From Octopus sinensis (Eukaryota): 64,000 bases of DNA. The translations under genes and the position numbers were made by a program. Location: assembly GCF_006345805.1 (NCBI RefSeq), contig NC_043004.1, forward strand, positions 101,246,001 through 101,310,000, written 5' to 3'. The notes beneath the pieces are model-generated. The model was not told where the DNA came from. It did not search any database and worked only from the letters and a program-made list of their open reading frames with translations. Shown piece after piece: positions 52,967 to 64,000 of this stretch (within the stretch, counting starts at the first letter, position 1; each line of letters starts with the position of its first letter).

Positions 52967-53394
52967 GCTAGCAGTCCAACACATGCTAGCATGGAAAACG
53001 GACGCTAAACGATGATGATGATATATATATTTTTGTAAATGCAAAGAATGGTGTTAAGTGCTCAATATGTATTCCCAATATGCAAATTTTCAACAACATC
53101 AGTGGAATAGCTAACTGCAAGGTACAGTGTAGTAGGAAAGAAGCAAAGCAACAATACCTTAAACTAATGCTTCAGAGAACTAGTGCTCTTAAACACAGGA
53201 TATGATACAGAGCATTCCACCATATTAGGAAGCAGGGAAGACATTCCAGAGACTCAAGAAACTAAATACATCAACCCTTTTATTTTCCTTTTACGATATA
53301 CAGGAATACACTATTCTAAAAACTGACCAAGTTATGAAAATAGCAGAGTTATAAAACAACTGATTAAGAAAAGAATTACTTAGATGAGAAGTAG

Positions 53395-54600
53395 TTTAGG
53401 TTTGTTCCAGGATGGGGTACCACTGATGCCCATCTTCTTAATGACACAACTACAGTAGAAGTGTCCTTGATATCTTCTTGATGAGAGAGAGAGAGACAAC
53501 TACAAGGAAAGTTCTCAGGTAGAAGCAAACCACTAAACCTAGCGTTTATCAACTTGGAGAAAGTCTGTGACAGGATACAATACATTAGTTTGGTAATCTT
53601 TGAAAAACAAAAAGATGTAGATAAACAGTGTGCGTGATCCATGTATGTGCAGAGATGCTGTTAGCAAGGTGAGATTTAGCAATGAGTTCAACTTGGAATT
53701 TAGCTCAAGATCACCTCTTCCAATTCCTCCTCCTATCTCAAAGATTCCTTGTCTTGCAAGTTACTTGTTGACCCTGCCAGTGCTGGTGCCATTTCAGTCC
53801 ACACTGTAAAGTGGTTGGCATTTGGAAGGGCATCCAACTGTAAAACCCATGCCTAAACTGACCTCACCTGTGCTGGTACCACACAAAAAGCACTCAGTCC
53901 AATCTGCAGGGTGGTTGGTTTTAGGAAGGGCATCCAGCCATAAAAACCATGCCAAAACAGATACAGAAGCTTAGGGTAGTCTTCTGCCTGGCTGGCTCCT
54001 GTCAAACCATCCAATCTATGCCAGCATAGAAGGCAGATGTTAAACGATTATGATGTAGGTGTCATATCAGTTTCTATCCTCCTACTGCTTATTATAATTA
54101 TCTTGGTCACGAAAGAAAAATTTACGACAGGCTGTCCATGGATAGACACCCTTGTATACTGATAACCTTACAATGCTATCTATCAAGGTTTAGAGAAGAA
54201 ATTTCAAATGCTGAAAGTTAAATCTAGTTTCTAGAGGCCTCAAAATACACCTAGCAGTAAAGAAGACAGACTTCCATTACCATGCTTGATATGCAGAAGT
54301 AAGAAATTATGCATTATATCCATTGTAAACTATGGATGCACAAGGTGTGGTGGAACTAAGAGCAGGCTGAGAGAAAAGGAAGATTTTGTATGTACAGAGA
54401 GAAAGGAGATGTTATCAGTAACAGCGTCCTTGAAATAAATTCTTTAAAATACTCAGAGAGCTTGCTAGAAGTAATTGATAGCTTCTAATTGTAACCAAAT
54501 TAGCTGTGGCAGTTGGTGTTCTAAAAGCATAGAAACCAAAGTAAGAACAAGATGCAAAAGATTCAGTGAGCTAATATCTCTATTGGCAACAAAGGTATTG
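53395..54600 (+). mobile_element. Decayed RTE-clade LINE RT fragments with a family C-type insert (53745-54060)
   Basis: GFVPGWGTTDAH.L...QLQ, KPLNLAFINLEKVCDR and a later TGCPW...PCLICR...CTRC zinc-finger-like segment, with many stops and frameshifts. Confidence 0.7.
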
Positions 54601-54837
54601 TCTTACTAAATACCGATCAAATTGTGTAACGCTTGTTCAAATTCTGCCACAGTTGACTTTATCCTTCATCATTTCAGGGTCAATGCAATAAGTACTAATT
54701 AATCCCGGGGAGTTGATGTAATCATCTACCCTGTCCCTACCAAATTTTGGGCTTTGTGCCTATAATAGAAACGATTATTTATCTGACAGTTATCTCTCTA
54801 AAGATAACTTTTTTTTTTATCTTACAAGATCAATAAA

Positions 54838-55115
54838 ATCATCATCATCATCATTGTTTAGCATCCGCTTTCCATGCTAGCATGGGTTGGACGGTTCAAC
54901 TGGGGTCTGGGAAGCCAGAAGGCTGCACCAGGCCCAGTCTGATCTGGCAATGTTTCTACGGCTGGATGCCCTTCCTAACGCCAACCACTCCGTGAGATTA
55001 GTGGGTGCTTTTTACATGCCACCGGCACAGGTGCCAGACGAGGCTGGCAAACGGCCACAGTCGGATGGTGCTTTTTACGTGCCACCAGCACGGGGGCCAG
55101 GCGAGGCTGGCAAAT
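54838..55115 (-). mobile_element. SINE-like family C, one to two VNTR units
   Basis: (CAT)n tail and conserved body. Confidence 0.85.
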
Positions 55116-56062
55116 GTACTAAGCTTACTGTAAGTGACTATACTCTTGTAGCACAATGCTCCAGCATGAGTAAGTTCAATGAATGAAACTAGTAAAATAA
55201 TAAAACTCTACTAGGTAAAAGAAGTCTCAATTCCTTACTACAGTCACTTTTATTCCTTACAAGTATGTAGCTAATAACCACAATAACTTAATTTTGGTTC
55301 TGTACTCAAATGCTAAGCTTCAGTTAGAAATAATACCAGTGTCTATGTTATTTAATCCTGTTATGGTAAACCTTTTTAAACCTTAAGACATTCAAAAACA
55401 GATTGACCAATAAACTGGTTTAAACAAGTGCAGACTGTCACACACACACACACCATTCAATCAAGCATTGTTTCCCATCTGAGTGCAGTGTCATTCTCAA
55501 GGTGACAGAAATCTGGGTATAACTGGTACAGTAGATCTGTATAGTTCTTGTATGAAAGTGCCATTGTATATTATAGGTCTATTGGTTAAGCCGTTGGACA
55601 ACAACGACAATATCAACAATGTACACAGTCTGTGTATTCAATCTTTTGTACATCAGACTTGTTCATTTGTAAAACACAAACTAAAATATATTTTCTTTTA
55701 ATATTTATTCTCTTTTATTAATTTTTTTAAAACATTTTTTTCACTGATATTTTGAGATTTGTCATGATACTGCATTACATAATCTCTTGTTGTATTCATT
55801 CATTTTACTGTTTTTTTCTCAGACACTTTCAGAGCCTTTCTTGATATTATCTATACTTTTATGTAATGATTTAAAGACAATTAATTAATGATATAAAAAC
55901 TCATAAGATAACATGATTTTATGAAGTCTTATTTGCCATGTAAATAAGTGGAGTTTCATTCAAATTTCTAGTTCTTTTTTTGTCTTGTAACTTCATTAAT
56001 TTTTTTATAATACCTTACATGTACAATTAAAATAATAATTATTAATTCAATAATAATAATAA

Positions 56063-56093
<31 letters not shown>

Positions 56094-56095
<2 letters not shown>

Positions 56096-58950
56096 GGTGG
56101 TGAACTGGCAGAACTGTTAGCACATCTGGCAAAATGTTTAGCAGCATTTTATATGTTTTATGTGTTCAAATTCTGCCAAGGTCAACTTTGCCTTTCATCT
56201 TTTCAGGGTCGATAAATTAAGTATTAGTGGGATCAATGTTCCCAACTACTCCCCTTCTAAATTTAGACCTTATGCCCTTAATAGAAAGGATTATTATTAT
56301 TTTTTATTGTTATAATTATTATGACAATTTGGAATTGAAATTTGAATGAAACTCAAGAACAGGTGACTTGATGACATGTCAATTGTCCCCTATTGCTTCA
56401 AACCTTTTATTGCATCTTTTGATGAGTCTATGACTACTAATGGCATGCTAACTGCTACACCTAGGTGTGATGGACGTGTCAGTTGTAAAATTCCTGCTGA
56501 GAATTCCATATTTGGAGGAGACCCCTGTTCTGGCACCTTCAAGTACCTTGAGGTACATTACATTTGTGAGAAAGGTATGTTTTCCCAAATATTTTTTACA
56601 TCTGACTTTATTGTATTAGTGAACTTTGATCACATTATAGATATTGTTGTCATTATCATCGTTGTTGTTGTTGTTATTTAGGGCAATGAATCATTTAAGA
56701 GTAGCATAAAGATCTTCTATCTCTTTCAAATGTCACCTAGGTCAACTTTGCCTTTAATTCCTCCAGGGTCAGTAAAATAAAGTACACTCCAAATTCTGGG
56801 GTCAATTGTAGCACCCATACCCCTCCACTGAAACTTGCTTTGTACCTGGATCTGAAGCCTTTATTATTATTATCATAATCTTCCACTGAGGTTGACATTG
56901 CCTTTCGGGGTTGATAAAATAAGTACCAGTGAAATACTGGGGTCGATATAATCAACTAGTCCCCTCCCCAAAAATTTCAGGCCTAGTGTCTTTAGTAGAA
57001 AGGATTATTATTATTATATTCCACTGAGATTGACTTTGCCTTTCATCCTTTTGGGGTCGATAAAATAAGTACCAGGTGAACACTGGGGTCGATGTAATCG
57101 ACTCATCCCTTCCCCCAAAATCGCTGCACTTGTGGCAAAATTTGAAACCATTATTATTATTATAGAGGCATTGAGCTAGCTGAATCATTAATGCATCTGA
57201 TAAAAGGCTTAGTGGTATTTCTTCCAGACGACGAGCTGGTAGAAACGTTAGCACGCCGGGCGAAATGTTTAGCGGTATTTCGTCTGCCGCTACGTTCTGA
57301 GTTCAAATTCCGCCAAGGTCGACTTTGCCTTTCATCCTTTCGGGGTCGATAAAGTACCAGTTACATACATACATACATACATACATGTAATCGACTTAAT
57401 CCCTTTGTCGGTCCTTGTTTGTCCCTTCTATGTTTAGCCCCTTGTGGGCAATAAAGAAATAGGTATTTCTTCCATCTCTTTATTTTCTGAGTTCAAACAC
57501 TACTGAGGTCAACTTTGCCTTTTATTCTTTCAGGGTCAATAAAATAAAATACAAGTTGGTTACTGGGGTCAATGTAATTGGCTAACCCCTTCCCCAGTTG
57601 TTGACCTTTTGCCACAATTTGAAACAATTATTATCATTTAGGGTGGTGACCTGGCAGAATCACCAGAGCATTGGATAAAATGCCTCATGGTAGTTGTTGA
57701 ATTAGTTATGGTTCTTAATGTTCTGTGTTCATATCCCACCAAGGTCAGCTTTGCTTCCATACTTTCAGGGTTGCTAAAACAAGGCACCAGTCATGTCCTT
57801 GAGGTCAATTACTTTGGCTAACTCCCTCCCCTAAAAGTTTGAGGCCTTCTGCTTATGGTAAAAACAATTATTATTATTATTAAGGTAGTGAGCTGGTAGG
57901 ATTGTTAGCATACCTGGCAAAATGTTCAGCAGTATTTCATCTGTCTTTACATCCTGAGTTCAAATTCTGCCTAGGTCAGCTTTACCTTTCATCCCTTCAG
58001 GATAGATAAAATAAATATCATTTCAGCACTGGGGTTGATGTAATATGGCTTACTCACTTCCCTAAAATTGCTGGCCTTGTGCCAAAATTTGAAACCATTA
58101 TTATTTTCATCATCATTATTATTATTAGTGTAGTAGTTGTTGTTGTTGTTGTTGTTGTAGTAGTAGTCGTAGTCATTATCGTCATCTTTAAAGAATTGGT
58201 GTTATTTTTAATCTTTCATGTAAAACCTTTTACCAAAAGTGTCTCTCAAATGAGAGCAGAGTTAAGTTTTCTAGATAGTCTGAGAAATCAATATCTACAT
58301 TATCCTAAGATTGCCATGATGAAAGTGGTTGAGTGCACTAAATGTGGAGTTAAGATATCGGTATCTCTGTCAGACATGTTTTATCTCACTGGCTGACAAA
58401 GACAAATCTCAGAAGTATGTTTTTGCTTACCTGTAATGAAATAATGGAGACTTGGTACGAGAAACTTTATATAAACATGTGTCCAGGTCCTCTTAAGATG
58501 GAACCTACAATAAACTGGTGTTGTTATCTTGTCTCTAAAAAAGGCAGGAAGCTGGCAGAATCATTAGCATGCCGGACAAAACACTTAGTGGTATTTCACC
58601 TGCCGTTACGTTCTGAGTTCAAATTCCGCCAAGGTAGACTTTGCCTTTCATCCTTTCGGGGCTGATTAAATAAGTACCAGTTACGCACTGGGGTCGATAT
58701 AATCAACTTAATCTGTTTGTCTGTCCTTGTTTGTCCTCTCTGTGTTTAGCCCCTTGTGGGTAGTAAAGAAATAGGTATTTCACCTGTTGCTACGTTCTGG
58801 GTTCAAATTTTGCCGTGGTCGACTTATCCTTTCATCCTTTCAGGGTCGATTAAATAAGTATCAGTCACGCACTGGCGGTGGATGTAATTGACCTAATTCT
58901 TCTCTCCCCCCCTCCCCAAATTTCAGGCCTTATGCCTATAGTAGAAAGAA
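56094..58950 (+). mobile_element. Large same-orientation cluster of SINE family B units around and after exon B
   Basis: About ten ggtc(a/g)actttgcctttcat units separated by (ATT)n tails. Exon B (56465-56574) lies between the first and second units. Confidence 0.85.
56465..56574 (+). CDS. Cirl: Lectin-domain C-terminal half, variant exon B (110 nt, phase 2 to phase 1)
   Basis: Acceptor gctaactgctacacctag| and donor AAAG|gtatgt. Encodes (R)CDGRVSCKIPAENSIFGGDPCSGTFKYLEVHYICEK(G). Same length and phases as exon A, with 19/36 residues identical by manual alignment. Also splices in frame to 36270. Confidence 0.88.
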
Positions 58951-59379
58951 GGGATTATTTTGCCTCTGAAAAATGCTTATCTCTCCAAATATAGAATAGG
59001 TTCTGGAGTCTCGTACTTGTTACAGAGGCTGCCTATCCAAGGTAGTTAACACCCAATTGTATCTATGTTAAAAACTTTGCTCAGGTTAGCATACTCTTAA
59101 TACTCAGATCAAATCTATACTCCATCAATACTTCAGACATTCCACAACTCTAGCTCTGCAGTGATTGAATCACCACAGGAAATAAATAAAAGTTCAAACC
59201 ACTTATGTAGGATTTTAGTGTATGTATGTATATATACTGTTGTGTCATTTTCTTTTTGTGCCTTATAATTTAACACACTCACCAGTAAAAAAGAAAATGA
59301 CTCTCCCCAAACACAACAGAATATGCTTCAACACATGAACTCACATAAAGAATCTTGCAAACCAAATCCAAAAACGAAA

Positions 59380-59422
<43 letters not shown>

Positions 59423-59467
59423 TCATCATCGTTTAGCATCCGCTTTCCATGCTAGCATGGGTTATAT

Positions 59468-59890
59468 ATACTCTTTTTACTCTTTTACTCTTTTACTTGT
59501 TTCAGTCATTTGACTGCGGCCATGCTGGAGCACCGCCTTTAGTTGAGCAAATCAACCCCGGGACTTATTCTTTGTAAGCCCAGTACTTATTCTATCAGTC
59601 TCTTTTGCCGAACCGCTAAGTGACGGGGACGTAAACACACCAGCATCGGTTGTCAAGCAATGCTAGGGGGACAAACACAGACACACAAACATATACACAC
59701 ACACTTATATATATATACATATATACGACAGGCTTCTTTCAGTTTCCGTCTACCAAATCCACTCACAAGGCATTGGTCGGCCCGGGGCTATAGCAGAAGA
59801 TACTTGCCCAAGATGCCACGCAGTGGGACTGAACCCGGAACCATGTGGTTGGTTAGCAAGCTCCTTACCGCACAGCCACTCCTGCGCCTA
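59468..59890 (-). mobile_element. SINE family A, full length
   Basis: Complete reverse-complement match. Confidence 0.9.
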
Positions 59891-60389
59891 TATATATATA
59901 TATATATATATATATTGTATGAATGAAATCATGTCCACTTTGCCAGCCATGCTTGCATAGGTTGGACATAATTTACTGAAGCAGATTTTTCTGTGGCTGG
60001 AGACCCTCCCTGTCACCAACCCTTACCTGATTCCAAGCAGAGTAATATTTCCCCATAGCCAGACATGCTTTGCTCAATATTGGAAATGAATGGCCTTCAT
60101 TTATACAGTTCACATGATACCGAGACAAAGAGGCACAAACATACACATGATCCCCTACCTCTTTCCCATATCTATATAACGGGCTTCTTTCACACTCCAC
60201 CTTCCAAATCCACTTGCAAGGTTTTGGTTATCCCAGGGCTATAGTAGAAGACACTTGCCCAAGGTGTCCTGCAGTGGGACTGAACCTGAAACCATGCAAT
60301 TGGAAGGAAACTTTATTCTACAGCCACAGCCATACCTATCAATTTTCATAAAGATATGCTAGCCATTAATAGTTAATCTTCACATTGGT

Positions 60390-60433
60390 ATATCATCATC
60401 ATTTCACATCTGCTTTCCATGCTGGCATGGGTT

Positions 60434-60481
<48 letters not shown>

Positions 60482-60865
60482 TTTAACATCCACCTTCTAT
60501 GCTGGCATGGGTTGGACTGCTGAGATATATATATATATATCATCATCATCATCGTTTAACGTCCGTTTTCCGCGCTAGCATGGGTTGGATGGTTCGACCG
60601 GGGTCTGGGAAGCCAGGGGCTGCACCAGGCCCAGTCTGATCTGGCAGTGTTTCTACAGCTGGATGCCCTTCCTAACGCCAACCACTCCGCGAGTATAGTG
60701 GGTGCTTTTTACGTGCCACCTGCACAGGTGCCAGGGGGGTCTGGCATCGGCCACGATCTGTTGGTGCTTTTAACGTGCCACCGGCACGGAAGCCAGCCAA
60801 AGCGGTGCTGGCATCGGCCACGTTCGGATGGTGCTTTTTATGTGCCACCGGCACAGAAGCCAGTA
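60390..60865 (-). mobile_element. Family C element preceded by two tail-only stubs, all within (TA)n
   Basis: Three successive cat...catgct(a/g)gcatgggttgga-type starts separated by (TA)n. Confidence 0.8.
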
Positions 60866-61184
60866 TATATATATATATATATATACAAGACTATTAGTGA
60901 TAGTCTTCATACACATGCTAACAGATGGTGGTAGTAATCTTCATAATGATAACACTAGCCAACGTCTTTTATTCCTTGACCTATCAACATCTCGGTGAAA
61001 CTTTATATAGTGTATAGAGAAACAATCTAACTTAAGTTATTAAAAAAAAAATATTCAGACAAAATCTTTTGTATCAGTTGGTCAATTTATCATGTATAAA
61101 TATATTTCTACAGTTCATTGATCATGACACCTGTCATTTCCAGGCCATTTCTTTGAATGTGTAAATTCTGCTTATTCTTACCAG

Positions 61185-61354
<170 letters not shown>

Positions 61355-61567
61355 TCTTTCGCAGAATTCGTACGTCACACATACATTACCTAATGATATA
61401 CGCATCTGAACAAATACAATTGGAGACAGAAATGACAATCTGAGGCAGAATGTTATTACTATCACACTAACCTGGTCAAATGAGCAACTTTGTTTCAATT
61501 TCCCAGTAGAAACTTAATACGACTGTCTTTGAAATTATGTTTATTTACATGTATGCGTGTGTGTGTG

Positions 61568-61604
<37 letters not shown>

Positions 61605-61623
61605 GTGTGTGTGTGTGTGTGTG

Positions 61624-61925
61624 TGGAGGCGCAATGGCCCAGTGGTTAGGGCAGCGGACTCGCGGACGTAGGATCACGGTTTTGATTCCCAGACCGGGCG
61701 TTGTAAGTGTTTATTGAGCAAAAACACCTAAAAGCTCCACAAGGCTCCAGCAGGGGGTGGTGATCCCTGCTGTACTCTTTCACCACTCTTTCTCCCACTC
61801 TTTCTTCTGTTGGCCTGCTCGCTTAGCCACTGGGGTGGCGTCATTCGAAGGCTAAAACAATGCGAACGCATTGTGACCAGCGATGTGTAACTACATCTGA
61901 TGGTCTGGTCGGTCACGTGATGGTG
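61624..61925 (+). mobile_element. Family D SINE, full length
   Basis: Same head and ggtcggtcacgtgat tail as 3299-3580. Confidence 0.88.
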
Positions 61926-61950
61926 ATGATATATATATTTATATATATAT

Positions 61951-62315
61951 GCAGTGAAGGTGCATGGCTCAGTGGTTAGAATGTCGAGCTTACAATCATG
62001 AGGTTGTGAGTTCGATTCCCGGACCAGGCTGCATGGTATATTCTTGAGTAAGACTATTTATTTCACGTTGCTCCAGTTCACTCATCTGTAGAAATGGGTT
62101 GCGATATCAGTGGTGCCAAGCTATATCGGCCTTTGCCTTTCCCTTCAATAACATCAGTGGTGTGAAGAAGGGAGGCTGGTATGCATGGGCGACTGCTGGT
62201 CTTCCATACAAAAAACAACCTTAGGTTGTACATTCGCCGGTGAGGCAACTTTCCACCCAGAATTTTGTCCTGGAAGGGAACCTCTTAGGTGCACCCATAG
62301 TCATTCATGACCGAC
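61951..62315 (+). mobile_element. tRNA-head SINE family E
   Basis: GGCTCAGTGGTTAG...GAGTTCGATTCCC head and ggtgcacccatagtcattcatgacc tail. Confidence 0.75.
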
Positions 62316-62539
62316 AGTCGAGAGCATGTATATATATATATATATATATATTATTAACTACATATACTTAATGTATAAGCTTTGTGTATTTTCTGGTTAT
62401 TGCAATGGCATGGTAGAGTATATACACCCTTGATAGTATGTAGTCAATATTTTTTTTATATTAAAACTGCTTTTATTTCACACACACACACACACACACA
62501 CTGATAGATTAATATTAATTTGCAAAATATTTTTTTTTT

Positions 62540-63260
62540 TAATCCAACACTAGAATTCAAACTAGCCATATTTAATCTTGCTGGCAAGATATGTTTGGTA
62601 CAAGGAGCAGGGTTAGCATTAAATCAAACAAGGTCATACGTGTTTTTAGTATCCCTCTACATGATCAGTGCACTCATACTGGAGTGGCCCAGTGCCTCAG
62701 TCTCCACACGTATGAGCCACACAAATGCTGTTGTGGAGCAGCAGTCCATGAATCCACCCTGCATCCATTATTCTGTAGCCTTATTGTAGGTCGATTCCCC
62801 CAACATATCACTCTGAATGACATAATTAGAAGGGCTCTCAGCACAGCTGGCTTCCTATCTCGACTGTAGATCTTTACTGTAGGATTGGTAAGTGCCCCAA
62901 AGGAGTAACCCACTGCCCATTCAAGGGAGGCAGATCCCTGGTCTTAGATGCAACACTTTCAATGCAACCTTGCTGCATTGGCTGCAAATCTGGGTATCAC
63001 CACCCATAATGCAGAAGAGAGGAGAGTAAATAAAATGCAGGAGCCTGACCAGTCATTACCTGTTCGTGCTAATAATTGTCGAGGTCGCAGATATTCTCAG
63101 ACCCTGCACAACCAGTTTCCCCTGCAAAATCTTGACAACTGTAACCCATCTGGGATTTGAACCCTGCAAGTTGGAGTGACTGCTGCAGCGAGTATCATTT
63201 TCAGCAGCAATACAATTGCTGTCATGATGACAGGGCATGGCTGAGTACACCATTTGTTCT
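62540..63260 (+). mobile_element. Decayed CRE-clade non-LTR retrotransposon (zinc knuckle plus restriction-like endonuclease region)
   Basis: HKCCCGAAV...H.L.C...GR..QH..LNDIIRRALSTAG (CCHC knuckle), GKCPKGVT..PFKGGRSLVLDAT (decayed GKRPDG...GRSLVWD motif) and AEERR.NK, with stops and frameshifts. Confidence 0.75.
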
Positions 63261-63474
63261 GGAGTGTGTAACCCATTGCCCCCTCCTCCACCATCTTCTG
63301 CTGCTTAATCCACCCCCCCTTATTTCTATTCTTTTTCTGTTTTTTTTTTATTCTCGAAATGTTATGATCCAAAGTTGTAACAGTTTGCATAAAGTATAAA
63401 ATATATCTTGCACCATAAATAATACAGATATTAAAGGGTTTATATATGTGTATACACACATATATATGCACAGA

Positions 63475-63870
63475 CATGGGTGTGTGATTAGTAGTTTATT
63501 TCCCAACCACATGGTTCCAGGTTCAGTTTCACTGCATGACTCCCTAGGCAAGTGACTTCTTCTATAACCCCAGGCTGACTAAATCCTTGTGACTAGATGT
63601 GGTAGACAGAAACTGGAAGAAGCATATCATATATATATATATATATATGCATATATGTTTTTGTGTTTGTCCCTCACCACCCTTGAGAACTGATGTTGAT
63701 GTGTTTATGTCCCCTGTAACTTAGCAGTTTGGTAAAAGAAACCAAAAGAATAAATACCAAGCTTGGGAAAAAACTAAGTACTGGAATCGATTCATTCAAC
63801 TAAAAAACCTTTCGCGGAAGTGCTCCAGTATGGTCATAGTCTAATGACTAAAACGAGTAAAGTATAAAAG
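63475..63870 (+). mobile_element. SINE family A, diverged
   Basis: Recognisable head and tail. Confidence 0.75.
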
Positions 63871-64000
63871 GTATATATATATACACACATACACACACAC
63901 ATAAGAAAAAGAAAACAGATAAATTGAGATACAGACATCAATATATTGGAACATATTTAATTCCAAATAAAAACACTCTTAACACCTACAATTGTTTCCA

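Noticed and set aside
55483-55701. ORF starting MQCHSQ, resembling QCHSK of the lectin exon
   Set aside because: The similarity is limited to four residues, with no YGR or cysteine pattern.
44890-56300. Family B clusters upstream of both variant exons as the cause of the exon duplication, or as inverted repeats looping out exon B
   Set aside because: The exons are far more diverged than the SINEs, and all units around exon B are in the same orientation.
46485-56447. Docking/selector pairing TGCCATT (after exon A) with AATGGCA (before exon B)
   Set aside because: Only 7 bp and does not extend, so it is expected by chance.
46449-56464. A second first-half lectin exon (tandem two-domain lectin model)
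   Set aside because: No TAY-GGN-(AGR/CGN) YGR motif or CE..L.L.C pattern was found by eye. Not excluded without an HMM search.

Overview
Eukaryotic, AT-rich, mostly intronic DNA packed with repeats. The SINE, LINE and microsatellite content looks like a coleoid cephalopod, probably Octopus (inference from the repeat types). One protein-coding gene is supported, on the + strand. It has a start/signal-peptide exon (18851-18964, ATG at 18907) and an exon for the N-terminal half of a SUEL/rhamnose-binding (Gal_lectin) domain (36066-36270). It then has two paralogous 110-nt exons (46339-46448 and 56465-56574), each of which completes the same lectin domain. The protein resembles the N-terminus of a latrophilin/Cirl (ADGRL) adhesion GPCR, and the rest of the gene appears to lie beyond the window. 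The two 110-nt exons have identical splice phases, cannot be joined in frame, and I found no second first-half exon between them, so they look like a mutually exclusive pair that swaps half of the lectin domain. This is the main finding. The introns hold several SINE families (three copies with clear target-site duplications), dead RTE, CR1 and CRE LINE fragments, hAT-like and Helentron-like non-autonomous elements, Penelope-type remnants with degenerate hammerhead motifs, an inverted pair of 24-bp minisatellite arrays, and many microsatellites. Almost every ORF in the supplied track is a repeat artefact. All alignments were done by eye, so repeat boundaries are approximate (tens of bp); exon boundaries were read to the base.
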